Shown: piece by piece, positions 1-13,959 of the stretch | Numbering within the stretch: the first letter of the stretch is position 1 | How the letters are laid out: each line of letters begins with the position of its first letter | Assembly (NCBI GenBank): GCA_965202585.1 | Contig: OZ241830.1 | Location: forward strand, 69,936,001 to 70,000,000 | Direction of reading: 5' to 3' | Length of the DNA stretch: 64,000 bases | Origin: Thalia democratica | Lineage: Eukaryota | Translations under genes and position numbers: made by a program | Notes under the pieces: generated by a model | Databases searched by the model: none | The model's input: the letters and a program-made list of their open reading frames with translations, nothing else | Told to the model about the DNA's origin: nothing

Positions 1-177
1 AATCTTATATTGTGAACGCTTTTTTTTAATTAACGTTTGTTACTGTATACTTAAGTGCTATGAGATAAATAAAATAAATATTGTGGTCTAAGAAAAGGTA
101 AAACTTATCTATTTTTATCGTTTTTGATAATTTCAAGAACGGGTCAAATATGCTTAAAGGAACACTTTAGCACTAAG

Positions 178-620
178 GGACATATTTCTCCACGAAGACA
201 CTTTTTCACGAAAAAACATTTTTTTCACGAGGGTTACTAATACACGAGAGTACAAAAACTAAATAAATTAAATAGATAAAAAAATAAATAAATAAAAGTT
301 AGTAAAAAAACAGAAAACTTAAATAAAATAAAGTTACCGACCGAGAGTAAGGGTTAGGGGTAGCAGTGATGGTAAAACAAAAAAAAAAGGCATTTTATAC
401 AATAAAAAAAAAAAATTAAAACAAAAACTCAAAAAAATTGAAAAATCAAAATGAAAGTAAAAATACCGACCGAGGGTAAGGGTTAGAGGTAACGGTGATA
501 GTAAATATTAAAACATTAAACAAATGAAAAATAGAAACTAATAAAACAAAGTTTAAATATTTGATATTTAACCCTCGCAAAAGTTTGTTCTTGCAAAACT
601 TTCTTCGTGCAAAACTGTCC
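178..620. mobile_element. Non-autonomous TIR element (MITE-like) in intron 1 of Islet copy A
   Basis: Imperfect inverted ends: GGACATATTTCTCCACGAAG at 178 vs reverse complement GGACAGTTTTGCACGAAG at 620, both continuing to ...CGAGGG. Two internal 42-bp direct repeats at 335-376 and 464-505 contain AGGGTTAG. No clear target-site duplication. Confidence 0.55.
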
Positions 621-1060
621 TTTCGCGCTTATTTGACAACTAGCCGATAATTTTAACGTTATTTTTGTTTAGATGTAACTTAGTTTTCAAAACAATCAAA
701 CTTGTTGGTTCATTGCAGCTGTAAACTAATGTTTCGGTTTGAAAAATAATTAAATTGAAGAAATTAAATGTTTTTTTTTATCTTTTAGACCCGTATCTCA
801 ATAAGTTCTGTCCTTTAGTTGAACTCATAATTTTTTTTTATATAAGACTAATAAAATAAAATATTCTTGTTAAACACATTAAAAAAATACTAGTACATAA
901 AAACTAATTACCTCCATTTAAAAAACAAAATTAGTAAGTTTAAGGACATAAGTATAGGTATAATTTACTATTTTAATTTAAAATGACCTTAATAAAGTTT
1001 TTTTAAACGTGCTAAAACTAAAAAGTAAAAAAGAAATACTTTTACATAACAGATATTCAC

Positions 1061-1355
1061 CTCTTTTACTTTGTTTTGCGTTGTCAACATTTTTAGGAAA
1101 CTTTCCTTTTATCACAGTAAGACTTGACCTGCTCGACATCCCCTGACTCGAAACTTGTCCCTTGTTCGAGTGAAAGCATATCTCGCTTCCGGTGTTTCCC
1201 CCTTCTTGGTACCCAGGTGAGAAGTAGCCCTGAGAGCTGCTGCCCACCGAGTAGTCGTCAAAATTGTTCCAATCAAAGGTGTCCTGACTTTCTGGTGGTT
1301 TCTGACAATGTGGAAGGTTTCCTGTCAATTGGACGTCCTGCTTAGACGTTTTCAT
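1061..1355 (-). CDS. Isl: Islet-like copy A, coding exon 1 (N-terminal extension); rest of gene lies left of the window
   Basis: ATG at 1355, 98 codons + 1 nt, donor G|GTGAAT. Clear paralog of exon 1 of copies B and C ([24 protein letters not shown] motif). Confidence 0.8.
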
Positions 1356-3922
1356 CTGATATTCGATGACGCACGTTGAGTGAAATTTGGTCAAAGTTCA
1401 AATTTACTTACGACTTAGTACTGTTATAAGCTGAAAAAAGACGAGATGTAACTAGCAGTCTACTTAAGAGCTTTACAAATAAATGATGATACCATAACGT
1501 TTAATCTATTGTGTTGGTCTCATTGTGGTAGCAAAAAAATATATGTAACATTTTTTTATGTCTTAGATATTTTTTCTAAGGAGTTTATTTTCAGAATTAT
1601 AAAAAACTCACAGCTTTAATATGATGAGTTGTTTAGATAAACTTTATTTAAAAAACTTATACAACAGCTAAGTAAACAATTAAATAACTTTCTTTTACTT
1701 TACTTGAAAAGTATATAGTGTTTCTTTATAAAATGTTTTTAAATAAAAAAAATAAATTTTATTTCAGAAACAAGTACTTTAAATTATTAAAAGTTGTAAT
1801 CTTGTGTTAGTACAACTCTAACGTTTCTTTAGAAGTTTAAAGTTAAAGTAAAAGCTGAAATAAAGTAAATATTTTTGACACAGTAAACACATACACTTTT
1901 GTTTTCAAAAGCTCTTTGCACTTATCTTAAAATTTAAAACCCTCAAAACTTATTAACATTTTTAAATAATAATGTTATCAATCTTTTCAAGAGTTTTTTA
2001 ATGTATTTCTCGCTTAGTTAGTAAACTTGAGAGGAATTTTTGCCGGCAATATGGAAAAAATACAACAAAAGAGATGAAAAAATAACAAAAGACAAGTGAT
2101 AAGTAACTTGACATGTTTATAAACATAATTCTTGACAAAAGTTAAATAGTTTTATCGCTATGTATTAAGCAAACATTACAAAACCTAATCGCAAAAAACA
2201 AATTAAAAAAATGGGGATTATATTTTACCATTTTGGAAAAAAAAACTGTCGTTTACTAAGCATTTAAATATACATAAATAAGTTTGATTATGTTTTTAAC
2301 TATTTGTTGGAACAAGATGTGCTCACTAAACTTCACTATCGACAGGCTGTTTACGTCAAAACTTTGTAAAGTAAAATACATGATAAAATTTAGCAAGAAT
2401 CTCTTAAGGCTCGGAGTTTCATTATGACATCAAGACACAACAAAAGGCAAAAAAAAAGGTTTTAAAATAAAAATCTTCAGATAAAAAAAAGGAATTGTAT
2501 GTATTATATTAACTTTACTGCGCATAAAAAAAATCTTGTAATTACATTTTTTTACTATAACAAAAATAACAAAGATTTAGTTTGACACTTACTACCTAGG
2601 TAATGTCTTAATGCAAATATTTTTGTCACTTAACTGCGATAAAAATGTCGTAGAACTGCTGCTCGTATAAATTAAAGATTAATTTATTTTATTGAGCGTA
2701 AATATTTACGTTTTGTTTTGTTGCTGTAATATAACATCAAAAATGTTAGTGTCTTACCAATGAAATTATAAAAAAAATTGTTAGTTACCTCTTTTGTGTC
2801 TAAGGAAAAAAGTTACGAAAATTTGTACAAAATTGTATAACATCGTTATGAGCCGTTAATAAAAACTATCTTTTTAAGGCTGCAATTGTTCTCGTAAAAT
2901 AAAAAGAAATAAACTTTTCTCACGGCAGAAAACTAAATTACAGAAACAAACGTATTGTTAACAGTTGACACAAAACATAAAGGTTATGCTTTTAAAAGTG
3001 TGTGTCAATTAAAATTTTTAGTAGATTATAAAACTAAATGCTTGGCTTAGAAAATAAGTAAAATATACTGCAAACATAGATATTATCATTTAAAATTTTA
3101 TATATACATATGTATTTTATTTTAAACACAAAAAACCTAAATACAAAAAAATCATTGAACAGTTTTCTTTTGTACTTTACAAAGAGTACACAGATATAAC
3201 TACCACATACTGCATGCCAAATATTTCGCAATTAATCTTTCATATCGTGTGGTTTTAAATGTTTTCCAATAAACACTATTTGATTTTAAGGTATTCTCCT
3301 CTCAATACACAAACATCCCTTTTTCTTTAAGTATATAGAACAATAAAATTATACACAGCTAAAAATTCTAACTTAAAAAAAAATACATGTCATTTAAACT
3401 CTTTTTAACATAAAGAATCATAGCAATCTTGTAAGTGTTTAATTATAGCTCTTTTTAAGTTCGTTCAAATTTGTCAACAACAACAAAATGACTCACACTA
3501 AGGCCATTTAATACATTACAGTTAATTAAATTAACAACAAACGCACATACTTTACATACAGGTAGAGTTCCAGATCTGTAATCCTTTATCAAAATTGATT
3601 ACCTTAAAAACTTCCCTTCCTGTTAAGCACAAAATTGATTAGTATATATAAATTAGTTTTAATTGATGCTTTCAACAGTATAGAAAATCAACAAAATAAA
3701 ACTTCAGTTTATCGAAAATTTTTACTTGTAAAGTGAAAGTGTTTTATTATAGCAGTTGCATGACCTGTGTTAAATTATCGACATTAAATATTTGCTTCCA
3801 TTTGGTCGTAACAAAACAAGACAGAGGATTTATGTTAAACCCGCCCAGATGAAGCAAATTAGTAGTTGCTGTGTCAATTCACACAGCACTGAAATATTTT
3901 CAAAATGTGATTGATTCATGCT

Positions 3923-3965
3923 TAACGGTAGCGCCACCGGTGTGCAATCATGCGTTAAATCTGCA
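3923..3965. promoter_or_regulatory. Invariant 43-bp non-coding core (candidate enhancer), copy 1 of 3
   Basis: TAACGGTAGCGCCACCGGTGTGCAATCATGCGTTAAATCTGCA is identical at 3923-3965, 31646-31688 and, inverted, 61263-61305, inside diverged flanks. Confidence 0.55.
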
Positions 3966-4037
3966 TAGAAACGCGTTGATATTAGCAACCAGTCGCTTGA
4001 TATTTTGTTGCATTGTAAGATGAGTGTAAAAAATGAG

Positions 4038-4451
4038 GGGTGCACGACTATTCAAATTCGGACAATTTAAATTGCGACAATTCAAATTGTTTTAAAAAAT
4101 TGAAAGGGCCACAACTAAAAAAGTAATGCATGTTTGTCAAGTATAAAAATATATATGTAGGTTCCTATTAGTATCTACAAGCCATTTTTTTGGTTTTGCA
4201 AAACCTTAAACATTTTATGAGATATGGCTTGCGTAAAGTAAAAAATATAGTTGTTTCTAGTAATTTCAAAATATCGTTAAAAATATTTAAGCTTTTGCAA
4301 AAAAAAAATTGGCTTGTAGGTTTTAATAAGATCTACATACGCTTTTTTTTTTTGAATTTATATTACTGTTTTAACTTTAATGTTATACATATTTTTCAAG
4401 AGTTTGAAATGTCGGAATTCGAGTTGTCCGAATTTGAAATGTCATCTAACC
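4038..4451. mobile_element. Foldback/Mutator-like MITE with long imperfect TIRs and 9-bp TSD
   Basis: Ends GGGTGCACGACTATTCAAATTCGGAC / reverse complement GGTTAGATGACATTTCAAATTCGGAC, built from ~15-bp subrepeats. Inner arms also pair (CTACAAGCCA...TTGCAAAA). Flanks AAAAATGAG (4029-4037) and AAAAATGCG (4452-4460). Paralogous empty site with a single AAAAATGCG at 31755-31763 and, inverted, 61188-61196. Confidence 0.8.
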
Positions 4452-7400
4452 AAAAATGCGACGTAATAAACAAAATAAGTGTTGCAATATTACGTGTATA
4501 ACAATGTAATTGACATTTTAAATTTTGTTGAAATATGTTTATATTTTACATGTTAAAATTTTCTAAATACTTTCTTAGTAGATTATGAAATGGATAAAAA
4601 ATAAAATATACTTTAACTTTCTCAATTTCTAATGTATGTATTACAAATTGAACGGAAACTGTGTAATATATTGAACTGCTAAAAAACATATCAATGTTTG
4701 TCTAAAATGTTGAAAAGTGTTTTTTTTTAAATATTAAAGAGTAATTTAAAGTCGGAGACAGAAACTAGTTTGAAAAAGCTTGTTTTTAGTTGAAAGGTTT
4801 AAAAAAGATAGTTTTTTTGATACAGATAAAATTAAGTCTAAAGTAATAACAAAATTATTAAGTTTAATATTTACTAGAACGTTCGCATATCAAAATTAGA
4901 ATTATGAAGTTTGAAGATAAAACTTAAAATTAAGTTTTAAAGTTTAAATAAACTTGTTTTCATTGACTTAATTTTATGGACAGTATTGACTATTGACCAA
5001 AAATTGTTTTATCTAATATATACTCTACTCTATTTTATTTTTTAAAGCATTATTTATTAGTTTTTACTTATAACTAAAATTTATAAGTAGTCTTATATCA
5101 ATTCATAAGCTATATTCCATTATATTTTAACATCAATTTATACATAAGTATATAAAATAGTAAACGTTTGCAAATAAACAAAAACAAAAAGTTTCAGTCG
5201 TTTTTAAACCTTTCAAATATTATTTTCATTAAATCGTAACTAACCGAAATGCATGACTTTAGAAGAATAAATTAGTTTATGAATAGTACATAAATTAACT
5301 ATAGAATTTTTTTTAAGCGACATCATTTGTCTTTTTATTATCGCAAATATAATATAATTTGCTTCCGTTTCTACAAGATAATAAAACATTCAAAACTATT
5401 AGTTTTACGAGCAGTTTATATTTGAAAAGGTATTATGCTGTCGAAATTTTTTTAAAGCCTTAATAAAACAAATGCAAAATAAAAATTTTAACTCAAATAG
5501 TTTGAGCGATGTTTTTAATGATTTTTTATACCAGTTAGAAAAATTCTAAAAAATAAAAATACGGTCTTAAACTACAAAAGTCGAACATTATTATATTTCT
5601 GCAAGAATATTTTAATAAAAATATTTATCTTTACTTTAAGCCGCATTAAAATAATACAATACAAATCGAGACAGCTTAATCTTTCTAGACACGAATGGCG
5701 ACCAGCAGAGTTTAATCATGTCTACTAAAGTGTTGACAAAATCGGCAGAACAACTTTATGCTAAGAAGTTTTAGTGTATGCAAAAACAAACAAAACAGCC
5801 AACGAACTGTTCTTGCTTCAAAACGGATACTTTACTCTCTATGACGTAATAATGTCGCCTTCTAATACGTAAACAAACCTGATGTGAAATTGATTGATGC
5901 TTAATGGTCAGGATATTTTTAATGAAAATACGTGTAAAATGAAAAAAACACATTAACTTGCAACTTATTATCAATGTCCATAGTGCAACTTTTTTTTGAC
6001 TATTTTGCTTTGTTGTACTGCTTTTTATTCTAAAACCAATACAAGTTGATTTGTTTTTAAAAACTGGCTTTTTATGTAACTTTACACTAAACTTTAACTT
6101 TACTGTGCTGTCTATACACTCATTTAAAAGTCTGCATCTCTTAAACGCAAAGAAAAATAACTAAAAAACACAACACACAAATTGAAGTTTATAGTTTTTC
6201 TGTGATAAAAAAGAACACTTAATACAAAAACACGACTAATCAAACATTGCAAAGTATGTTTTGTGTTATTTTATCATTATGTAATGTAATAAAGGTACAG
6301 TTACAAAAAAAACTATAATCTTTAACACCAGAGTGAAAATGTACTTTTATAATTGCATTCGATAAAACAACTTTAAACTTTTTATTATATAACAGTGTAA
6401 TTGTTTTTAAAAATAATGGGTTCAGTTAATTTTGTACTTAAAGAGGTTTTTATAGTAGAAAAATAAAAACTAAGCTCGCCTGGTTATAAAGATTGACAGT
6501 TTTCTGTTAGTAATGTACTTTAATAACTTTCAATACGGGTTTATTTTAATAATTACTGAAAGGCTATTAAATAATTTATATAATATCTTTTTTATTTCAT
6601 AATAAAAAAGTAATTGTTTTAACCTTAATATCTTTACCACAAACGCACAGACAAATCTAAAACTTTTTATTAATGTTTTAGAATAGAATTGTCACATTTG
6701 TAACAAAAATATTAATGTGCACTATTAATAGGTTAATATTTAAACCAATTAAACAATTTCAAGCACAAATATTTTTGCCATGTTCTAAAAACATGTTTTT
6801 ATTTCTTTTCTACAACACACATACGTACTAATAGTTTATATTCGAGAAGCAACTACAATGCTAAATAATGAAATTAATAGGAAATTCAAACTAAAATATT
6901 AAATCGGTCTCATGCAGGCTAGTTTAGTTTCTGCAAAAAAACATTACAACAAGAAAGTAAGGTTATTGTTTGAAATTATTAAGTCGTCGCTATTGTGCTG
7001 CTTTAATAAAAAAACTTTTTTTTCTTGTATTTATATTCGCCTATCACTTTCTGTAAGGAATTGCTTAAAATATTTCCGAACAGTAAGCTGTCATAACAAA
7101 CACAGAAAATATCGACAAACTGCGAAACACAAACAAACATTGTTACTTTGGCAAACTATCAACTGTGACCGCACCTCATTAATATCACTGTAGATATTTT
7201 TGATAATTTGTGAATTCAGCACGCTTCATTAAAGAGTCTCAAAACAAGACTTTCACAAGTTAATCCTGGTTGTTTTAATTCACAGCTTAGTTATTAAAAC
7301 GGTTTTCGTTTTTATTTTTTAAGCCGGAAACCATAACAAACTAAGTTCTGTTGTACTTATATTACGTCCTTTTTAAAAAAAACAGCTTAATAGTTTATAA

Positions 7401-10400
7401 AAGACTTTTCGTCTAAATTAATTTCTATTTTTTAGTCGATTCAACTTAAAATAAATATTACAGTAAGTTTTCTAAAACTAAAAATATATTAAAGTACAAA
7501 CTGGTTTTGCAAGTAAATTTGAAATTGATTAAAAGCTACCTTTTCGATAAAATAAAATGCATATCAGAGAAAAAGTTTTAAGCTTTTTATTAAGTTAAAA
7601 ACAACAGATAAATTCTGTATTGACTTTGAAACATATTTTTTTTTACTACAATCGCTTTTATTGTTTACATTCTTTAAAATCTATTCTTTTAAGTAAATCT
7701 GCTATTTAGTATTCTGGTTTTTTACAGTTTTTTACAATACCTTTGATAGATTTTAATGCAAATCTGAAATTTTATTTAGTATATAAACTTCACTTTACAA
7801 GTATCTAAAAAACATACTCTCTGCAGTAAACAAGAAAACTTAGCAACTCCTGTTTAAATTAATGAAATCAATAAAATCAATACTTAACTTTTCAATTCAG
7901 ATTTCTCATCGATACATGAAACGTTTCAATCAAACGTGAGAACTTATAAATTATAACCTTGAAAAACCTGTTCAGCTGTTCAGGGTTTTATTACATATTT
8001 TGTCTTTTGATTTAAAATACAACACCTGAACACCTTTTTCTATTGTTACGTCAGCACATACTTTAACGCTTAGTTTACTTTAAAGCCGCCATTTTAAACC
8101 TTATTTCCACAACAAATTCTATGAGGTATAGTGTTTCGCTTTTAGCCCTTTTATGTACGAAACTTTCACACACCAAGCTGTTATACCGTTGAAAAGTTTG
8201 AAACAAAACTTTTTTTAATTTTTTTTCGAAAAAACGTCAATCCTAAGAGTTTAAATAAATAAATAAAAAAACACTTTCCCATGAACGACAAAAAATTAAA
8301 AACGCGCATTTTAGTTTCTAATATCTTGCTTTAAAAAAACAAAGAACACTGATTTTTAAGTCTAATAAAAATCAATAAAAGTATTAAAAAAAAGTTATAA
8401 CCTATACATTGTCTACCTAAAAAACATGACCATAAAAACTGCGATAAAGTATTTTGTTATAACAAAAACCTTAAATTATTAAAACAAACTAACTGTGGTT
8501 TTAGTTTTCAGATTAATAAAAAAAAAATTGCCTTTGATTTTACACTTTTTTGTTTGTTGCGCTTCTAATCGAGACCTAAACGCAACAGTAATGCTTTAAA
8601 TTTCGCCAAATGTTTTATCTCCTTTTTACTTTTTTTTCTTCTCTGGTTAGCTTGATTACAGCTCTTGGTCGCCGCACTTGTGGCCTTTTTAAGAAATATT
8701 AAGAATTAAATTGTAAAATAATAAATAGTAAGTTATTTTTTATTTGTATTTATTTTTTATGTTAATGCATATACAAATACAAACAATTTTTTAAAGCAAT
8801 AAAAAATTTAGTTTTCAAATAAGGATAAAAAATTTTCCTCCTTTTGTAGTTATTTTACAACATTTTCAGCAAAAGTATTAAATTTCATTTTAGTATCCAG
8901 ACCATAATGAGCAGTTTTAATACTTAAAAGTTCCAAAAAATAGTAGCTTATTTGTACTACTGCTTGCTTTTGTTTTTTAGTATCAACTAAATTTTATCAA
9001 AACTATGAAAATGTTGTCTTACATACATTAACGTTAGCTTAGTTTTTAGAAAACTAAAATTAGATCATAAGATTATTACTGAACTAAACGGTAAGGTTAC
9101 AATCTCTATAAGAGAAATATAGCTTAACATTTTAAATTTTTTGATAAAGATTTAATCAAACGCGGCATATAACTTCGAGACCTACGTTTTGTTTTTTAAA
9201 TACTTTATTTTTATTTCATCACATAATGCTTTCGTAAAGACGAAAGAAAACCTTATCATATTCAGAATAAATTGTAATTTAAAATATAACAAATTAAAAG
9301 AAATATTTTAGAGGTTTAATACAGTCGAGCTTTTTTTTATTATTATTGAAAACTATATGACGAAATACTTAACTCTTTGTAATTTTAGTATATTTCTCAC
9401 ATATTTAAACATCACCAGCAAATAAAGATCAACTTAAATAAAGTTTAAGAGATTTTATTCTGTTTAAGTTGAATTCAAACTATATCATTTCTAATCTTAA
9501 TGATTTGTTATAAGTTCTTTAATTTACAAAAATCCACTATGTAATAAATAGGTTGATTAACACCAAAAGTTCTAAAAATATGAAAAAAAAACAATTCATC
9601 TTTTGGTAATTGGCATAGATAATTTCTCGATTTAAGATAAAAAGTTTTTTATAATGATTAATGCGCGACAGTTAGTTTCTTGGTAGTAAATTTGGGTGTT
9701 AATTTTTAACAGTTGATTTTGGTATGTATCCATCAAATATTTTTTTATATTTATCTAGTGAAATTCTTGTTAGCAACTATTACACTATTTAATTTAATTT
9801 AAAAAACTAAGCTAAAATAAGAAATATTTTTATTTCTTAAAAATTAGTAAACAATTCAAATTCAGCGAAACAAAACTTAACAAACAGTTTTATTAACATA
9901 TTTTTTACAGATAACCTTTTATTATGCAATTGTATTCAAGTTTAGAATCATGCTTTAAGCTTACTAATACTGTATTTTTAGGAACTAATTTTCAACAGTT
10001 TTATTATGTTTCAGAAATTAAGTTTCCTTAAATCACTAACTTTACAATGCCTTTTTAATAATAAATGTTTAAACGGATAAAAAAATTTACACGTTTTGTA
10101 TAACTTGTTTTGATCCAGCACATACTTTTATAGCAGATATGCAATTTTAAATCGATCACAATTGTAGCTAAAATAGCTACTTTATCCACAAGTCAACAAT
10201 CATCAAACATTCAACAATTTTTGCCACCAACAAAACAGCATGAATAATTTATCAGTTGCCGAGATTCTTTTGCCGTGTTACTTGGAAGATTGATATGTCA
10301 TCAACAACAATAAGTCATAGCGCTACACTTTTCTTCCGCAATTTAAAGTTCTAAGCTCAACTGATAACCTCAGATTGATACTCGTAAGATAAGAACTGTG

Positions 10401-11670
10401 ACGTTATTTATATGTCATAAACGTGTATTTTTAGTTTAGAAGCAATTTCTATTGCTTGAAAAGATTTTAATACCATGCTTACTTCAAGTAATTGTTATTT
10501 TTTACTCTATTTTTATTATTTTAAGTTGTTTAAGCAAGGCTAATTTAATTTATTATGTATAAACTAGTATTGGTTTAGAAAAAAAAGCTAATATAGTTTT
10601 GTCTTTAAATAATAAAAAAAATGATTATCAAAAAAAAATCATAAAATGACTTAGACTAATTATAAATACGATAGTATGTTAATATTAAGACAACCAATTC
10701 TTATTAGATTTTTTATTTATATTAAATAAAAATTTTATAGGTAACAAAATATACAATCAAATGGTTATAGCTATAATAATTTTTATATTTATTAGGTAAA
10801 TTAAAACTTTATTTGCTTAAAATTTTTGGTAAGTACATATTCCATTTAACTTATCATTAAACTAATAAACTTTTTTAGCTAGTGCTACACTCATTTTTAA
10901 AATGTTATAATTTTAATCTTTCTAAAATAATTATAAATCAAAGTGTTCCATATGGTCCCAAATGGGAAACACAAGTTAGGCGGCGATAAGATGCAAAAGG
11001 ACGTGACTAGTAAAGCGGCCATAAGTAGGTTACTTAAATACAAATAAAAAAGATATTAACACTAGACACTTTCGGGTTTGTATTGAAGAACAAATAAAAA
11101 AGTTTTAGGTATTATTTACGAGAAGTTTTAAATTTGCACCAAATATTCTGGATTTACAATGAGCGGGGCAATATTTTCCTAATATTTTAATAATAATTAG
11201 TTTTTTTTAATTTTCTGAAAAAAGGCGCTTCTAGAATTGAGTTTAAAAAACAGTGATTTAAATGAGTGTAATAGTTTTAAGTATCATATCGGGATTTATA
11301 AAACTTGTTAAATTACTTGATTGTTATTTTTATTTATTTATATATAGTTCGCATTAGAACAACAACAAACTTAGGGAGATTAACTTATATAAATATTGTT
11401 TAAAATAAGTAAAAAAAAAATTCAAATAGAAACTTTTAAATTTTACGTTCTAGTTTTTACACAAAACTACTAAAAAAGTAATTTTAAAACTTTTTAATTG
11501 CAGATGTCAAGTCTTTTGAAAAAATAAATAACCGTATTGGTACATGAAACAGTTTTCCAACAAAAAGATTCAAAACAATTATTTCAAAAGCAAACTGGTA
11601 TGGTTCTAGATTTTAAAAGTGGAAAAAAAAGATTCCATTAACGCTTGATCAAGCGAGCAAAATTTCATGG

Positions 11671-11705
11671 TGACAGCCGCAAGTGTAATTTTGCATGGCA
11701 ACGAG
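11671..11705. promoter_or_regulatory. Invariant 35-bp non-coding core (candidate enhancer), copy 1 of 3
   Basis: TGACAGCCGCAAGTGTAATTTTGCATGGCAACGAG is identical at 11671-11705, 37821-37855 and, inverted, 54660-54694. Confidence 0.55.
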
Positions 11706-13959
11706 ATATCATCGTGGTTACTACGCAACATATAACCAAGATACATATCGATTCAAATGTGATTAGTACGTTAATATATTCTTTTGCGGCTTTATAATTA
11801 TTGAGTCTAATGCAAAATGTGGTAAATTTGGTTTCGTTCGCTCTCTTAAGGAGTCTAGTTTACTACGAAAATAAAGAAAGTCATAGTACTGAAAAATTGA
11901 AAACATGGAAATTTTGATAAAATTAAAACCAACAAAAAACGGATTTTATTCTATGAAATATTTTGATAATTAAATAGACTCTGCAATTTAATATCTTGAA
12001 AAAATAATGAAACAGTCAAATTAAACCGAACGTTTAAACTACTTTTAATTATAACAACTCATCATGATAAGTGATGCTAACTAAATGTAATTTTTGAAAT
12101 TTTTCATTTGCCAAACGAAAATTTTGTATTCAATTTTATTGTTTGTTTGTGATCGGTTGCTCTTAGATTTAATTTGTATGAAACTGTTAGAGTACTAATG
12201 TGACACGTAAGTAGGGATGTCGTGACAGTAAAAATAAAGGAGTCAAATTGAAACACACGGTAAAATTTATTATTTTATAAAAGCTGTTTATCAAGTCCAA
12301 AAAATAGTTTCTAAATTTAATTTGTTATTTACACTAAGATATAACTGAACTCCTTATAATAAATTGATATGCTTGATACCTTGAAGTTACCAGAGTTTAT
12401 GTCACTAGATGTGTTGATAAAAAACTCAAAATTTTGTATGGAAGAAATTATCGCATTTACGGTGAGCAAATGTTTTATAATTACTTTTATGTTTTTATTT
12501 ATGATTTAAAAAAACTACTTGCTTTTGTTTTTTTAAATATTTTTGTAAGTACAGCTATAACTGCTTGTATATTTTTTTTGCACAGAATTAAAAGTTGGAT
12601 GGCAAAATAACTGTGAAACTGGCCGACCCGCCAATGTTTAAAAAATTGAAATAGAATCAGACCCGCGAGCCTTTTAATTTTGCGCCTAAAGCTTATAATA
12701 TTTTATATTAAAATTTAGAAATCTACTGCTTGCTTGTGATTTTATTTTTTAATTTTGTTAAATAAATAAAAACTCCCGTAAGCATTGATACTGATTAAGT
12801 TTTTGAAAAATATTTTAGAACTAAAAATAAGCATTTAGAACACAACGTTTTATCTGTATATAAACGTTTTTACGGGAAGTGACTGCCTTATAAAAGCGTA
12901 TAAAAGAGAAAGATTACTGTATAACTTTTTAAATATTTGCAACTTTGAAAAGTCTTTTTTATATTAAGATTAGCAAAACTAAATTACACAAACCATTATA
13001 ACCGATCTAAAAATCTTGTTCGTAAAATTACACCTAAGATTATTTAAGGCTTTAATTGTAAATTATATTTGCGTAAAAACACTTTACACGGTATTATAAT
13101 TGAAATTTATAAGACCTAATTTTTTATTATATTTTTATTCAAAGTATTCTTAGAAAATAAAATTAATTTAAAATTAAACTTATGTCGTTTTGAAAGTGTT
13201 CTGTTGGCAACCACATATGCTTTTTAAACACATTAAATACTTATTAAGGACGTCTAAATCTTGCTTACAAATATTTTACAGCGAATTCACTTAAATTTCA
13301 TAAATAGTTTAGTAACAACTTAGGTCCAGAATAACAGTTATTTTGAAAAAAAGAAAAAACAATAATTTATTAATAAATCAAGTTATTTGATAATGAATCG
13401 TAAAACATAAATAATACTAAAAGAAAATAACTTAAAAAACTTAAACACAACTTAAACACATTTTAGAAGAAATTAAATGAATCCTTAAAGGAAAAAAAAC
13501 AGTAACAAAGCACTTTAAAGATTTCAAAAACCTTAGTTATAGTTATAAATTATCTTTTTGTTCAGGTTAAAACCTTTGTGTATACAAAAATAAAGTTTTA
13601 CCGAATATAATCTAGCAACGGTCGATAATTATTTAAAGACAAAAATGATATTTACGGTTTATTCAATTTATTAAAAGTGTTTATTCAGTTACTTAAAGTA
13701 GTGCAAAAAACTGAGAAAAACTTCAATTACTAATTTTATTGACTTATATCTTTAGATACATCTAAATGTTAATAATAAATAGCTAAAATAAACATTTTGT
13801 TATAGTAATGGATTTAAATGTAACTTAAACGAAAATAATTTTTATTGCGTATAAACTAAGAGAAGAATTACAAAATATCAAGAAACTAAAAATTACTAAA
13901 TCAATAATAAACCTACACTTGTAACTGAAATTAGATACAATAAAATAAATTTTGATTCT

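Noticed and set aside
335-505. Telomere or CRISPR-like repeat
   Set aside because: Only two dispersed units inside a TIR element; no array, and the context is eukaryotic.
1124-1345. Antisense ORFs over exon 1 (1124-1345, 28253-28579) and over kelch (14056, 14633, 40267, 40820)
   Set aside because: Shadows of real coding sequence; start and stop positions are not preserved among copies.
4190-4501. 103-aa ORF with EFEMSEFELSEFEMS repeat
   Set aside because: Translation of the ~15-bp subrepeats in the MITE TIR.
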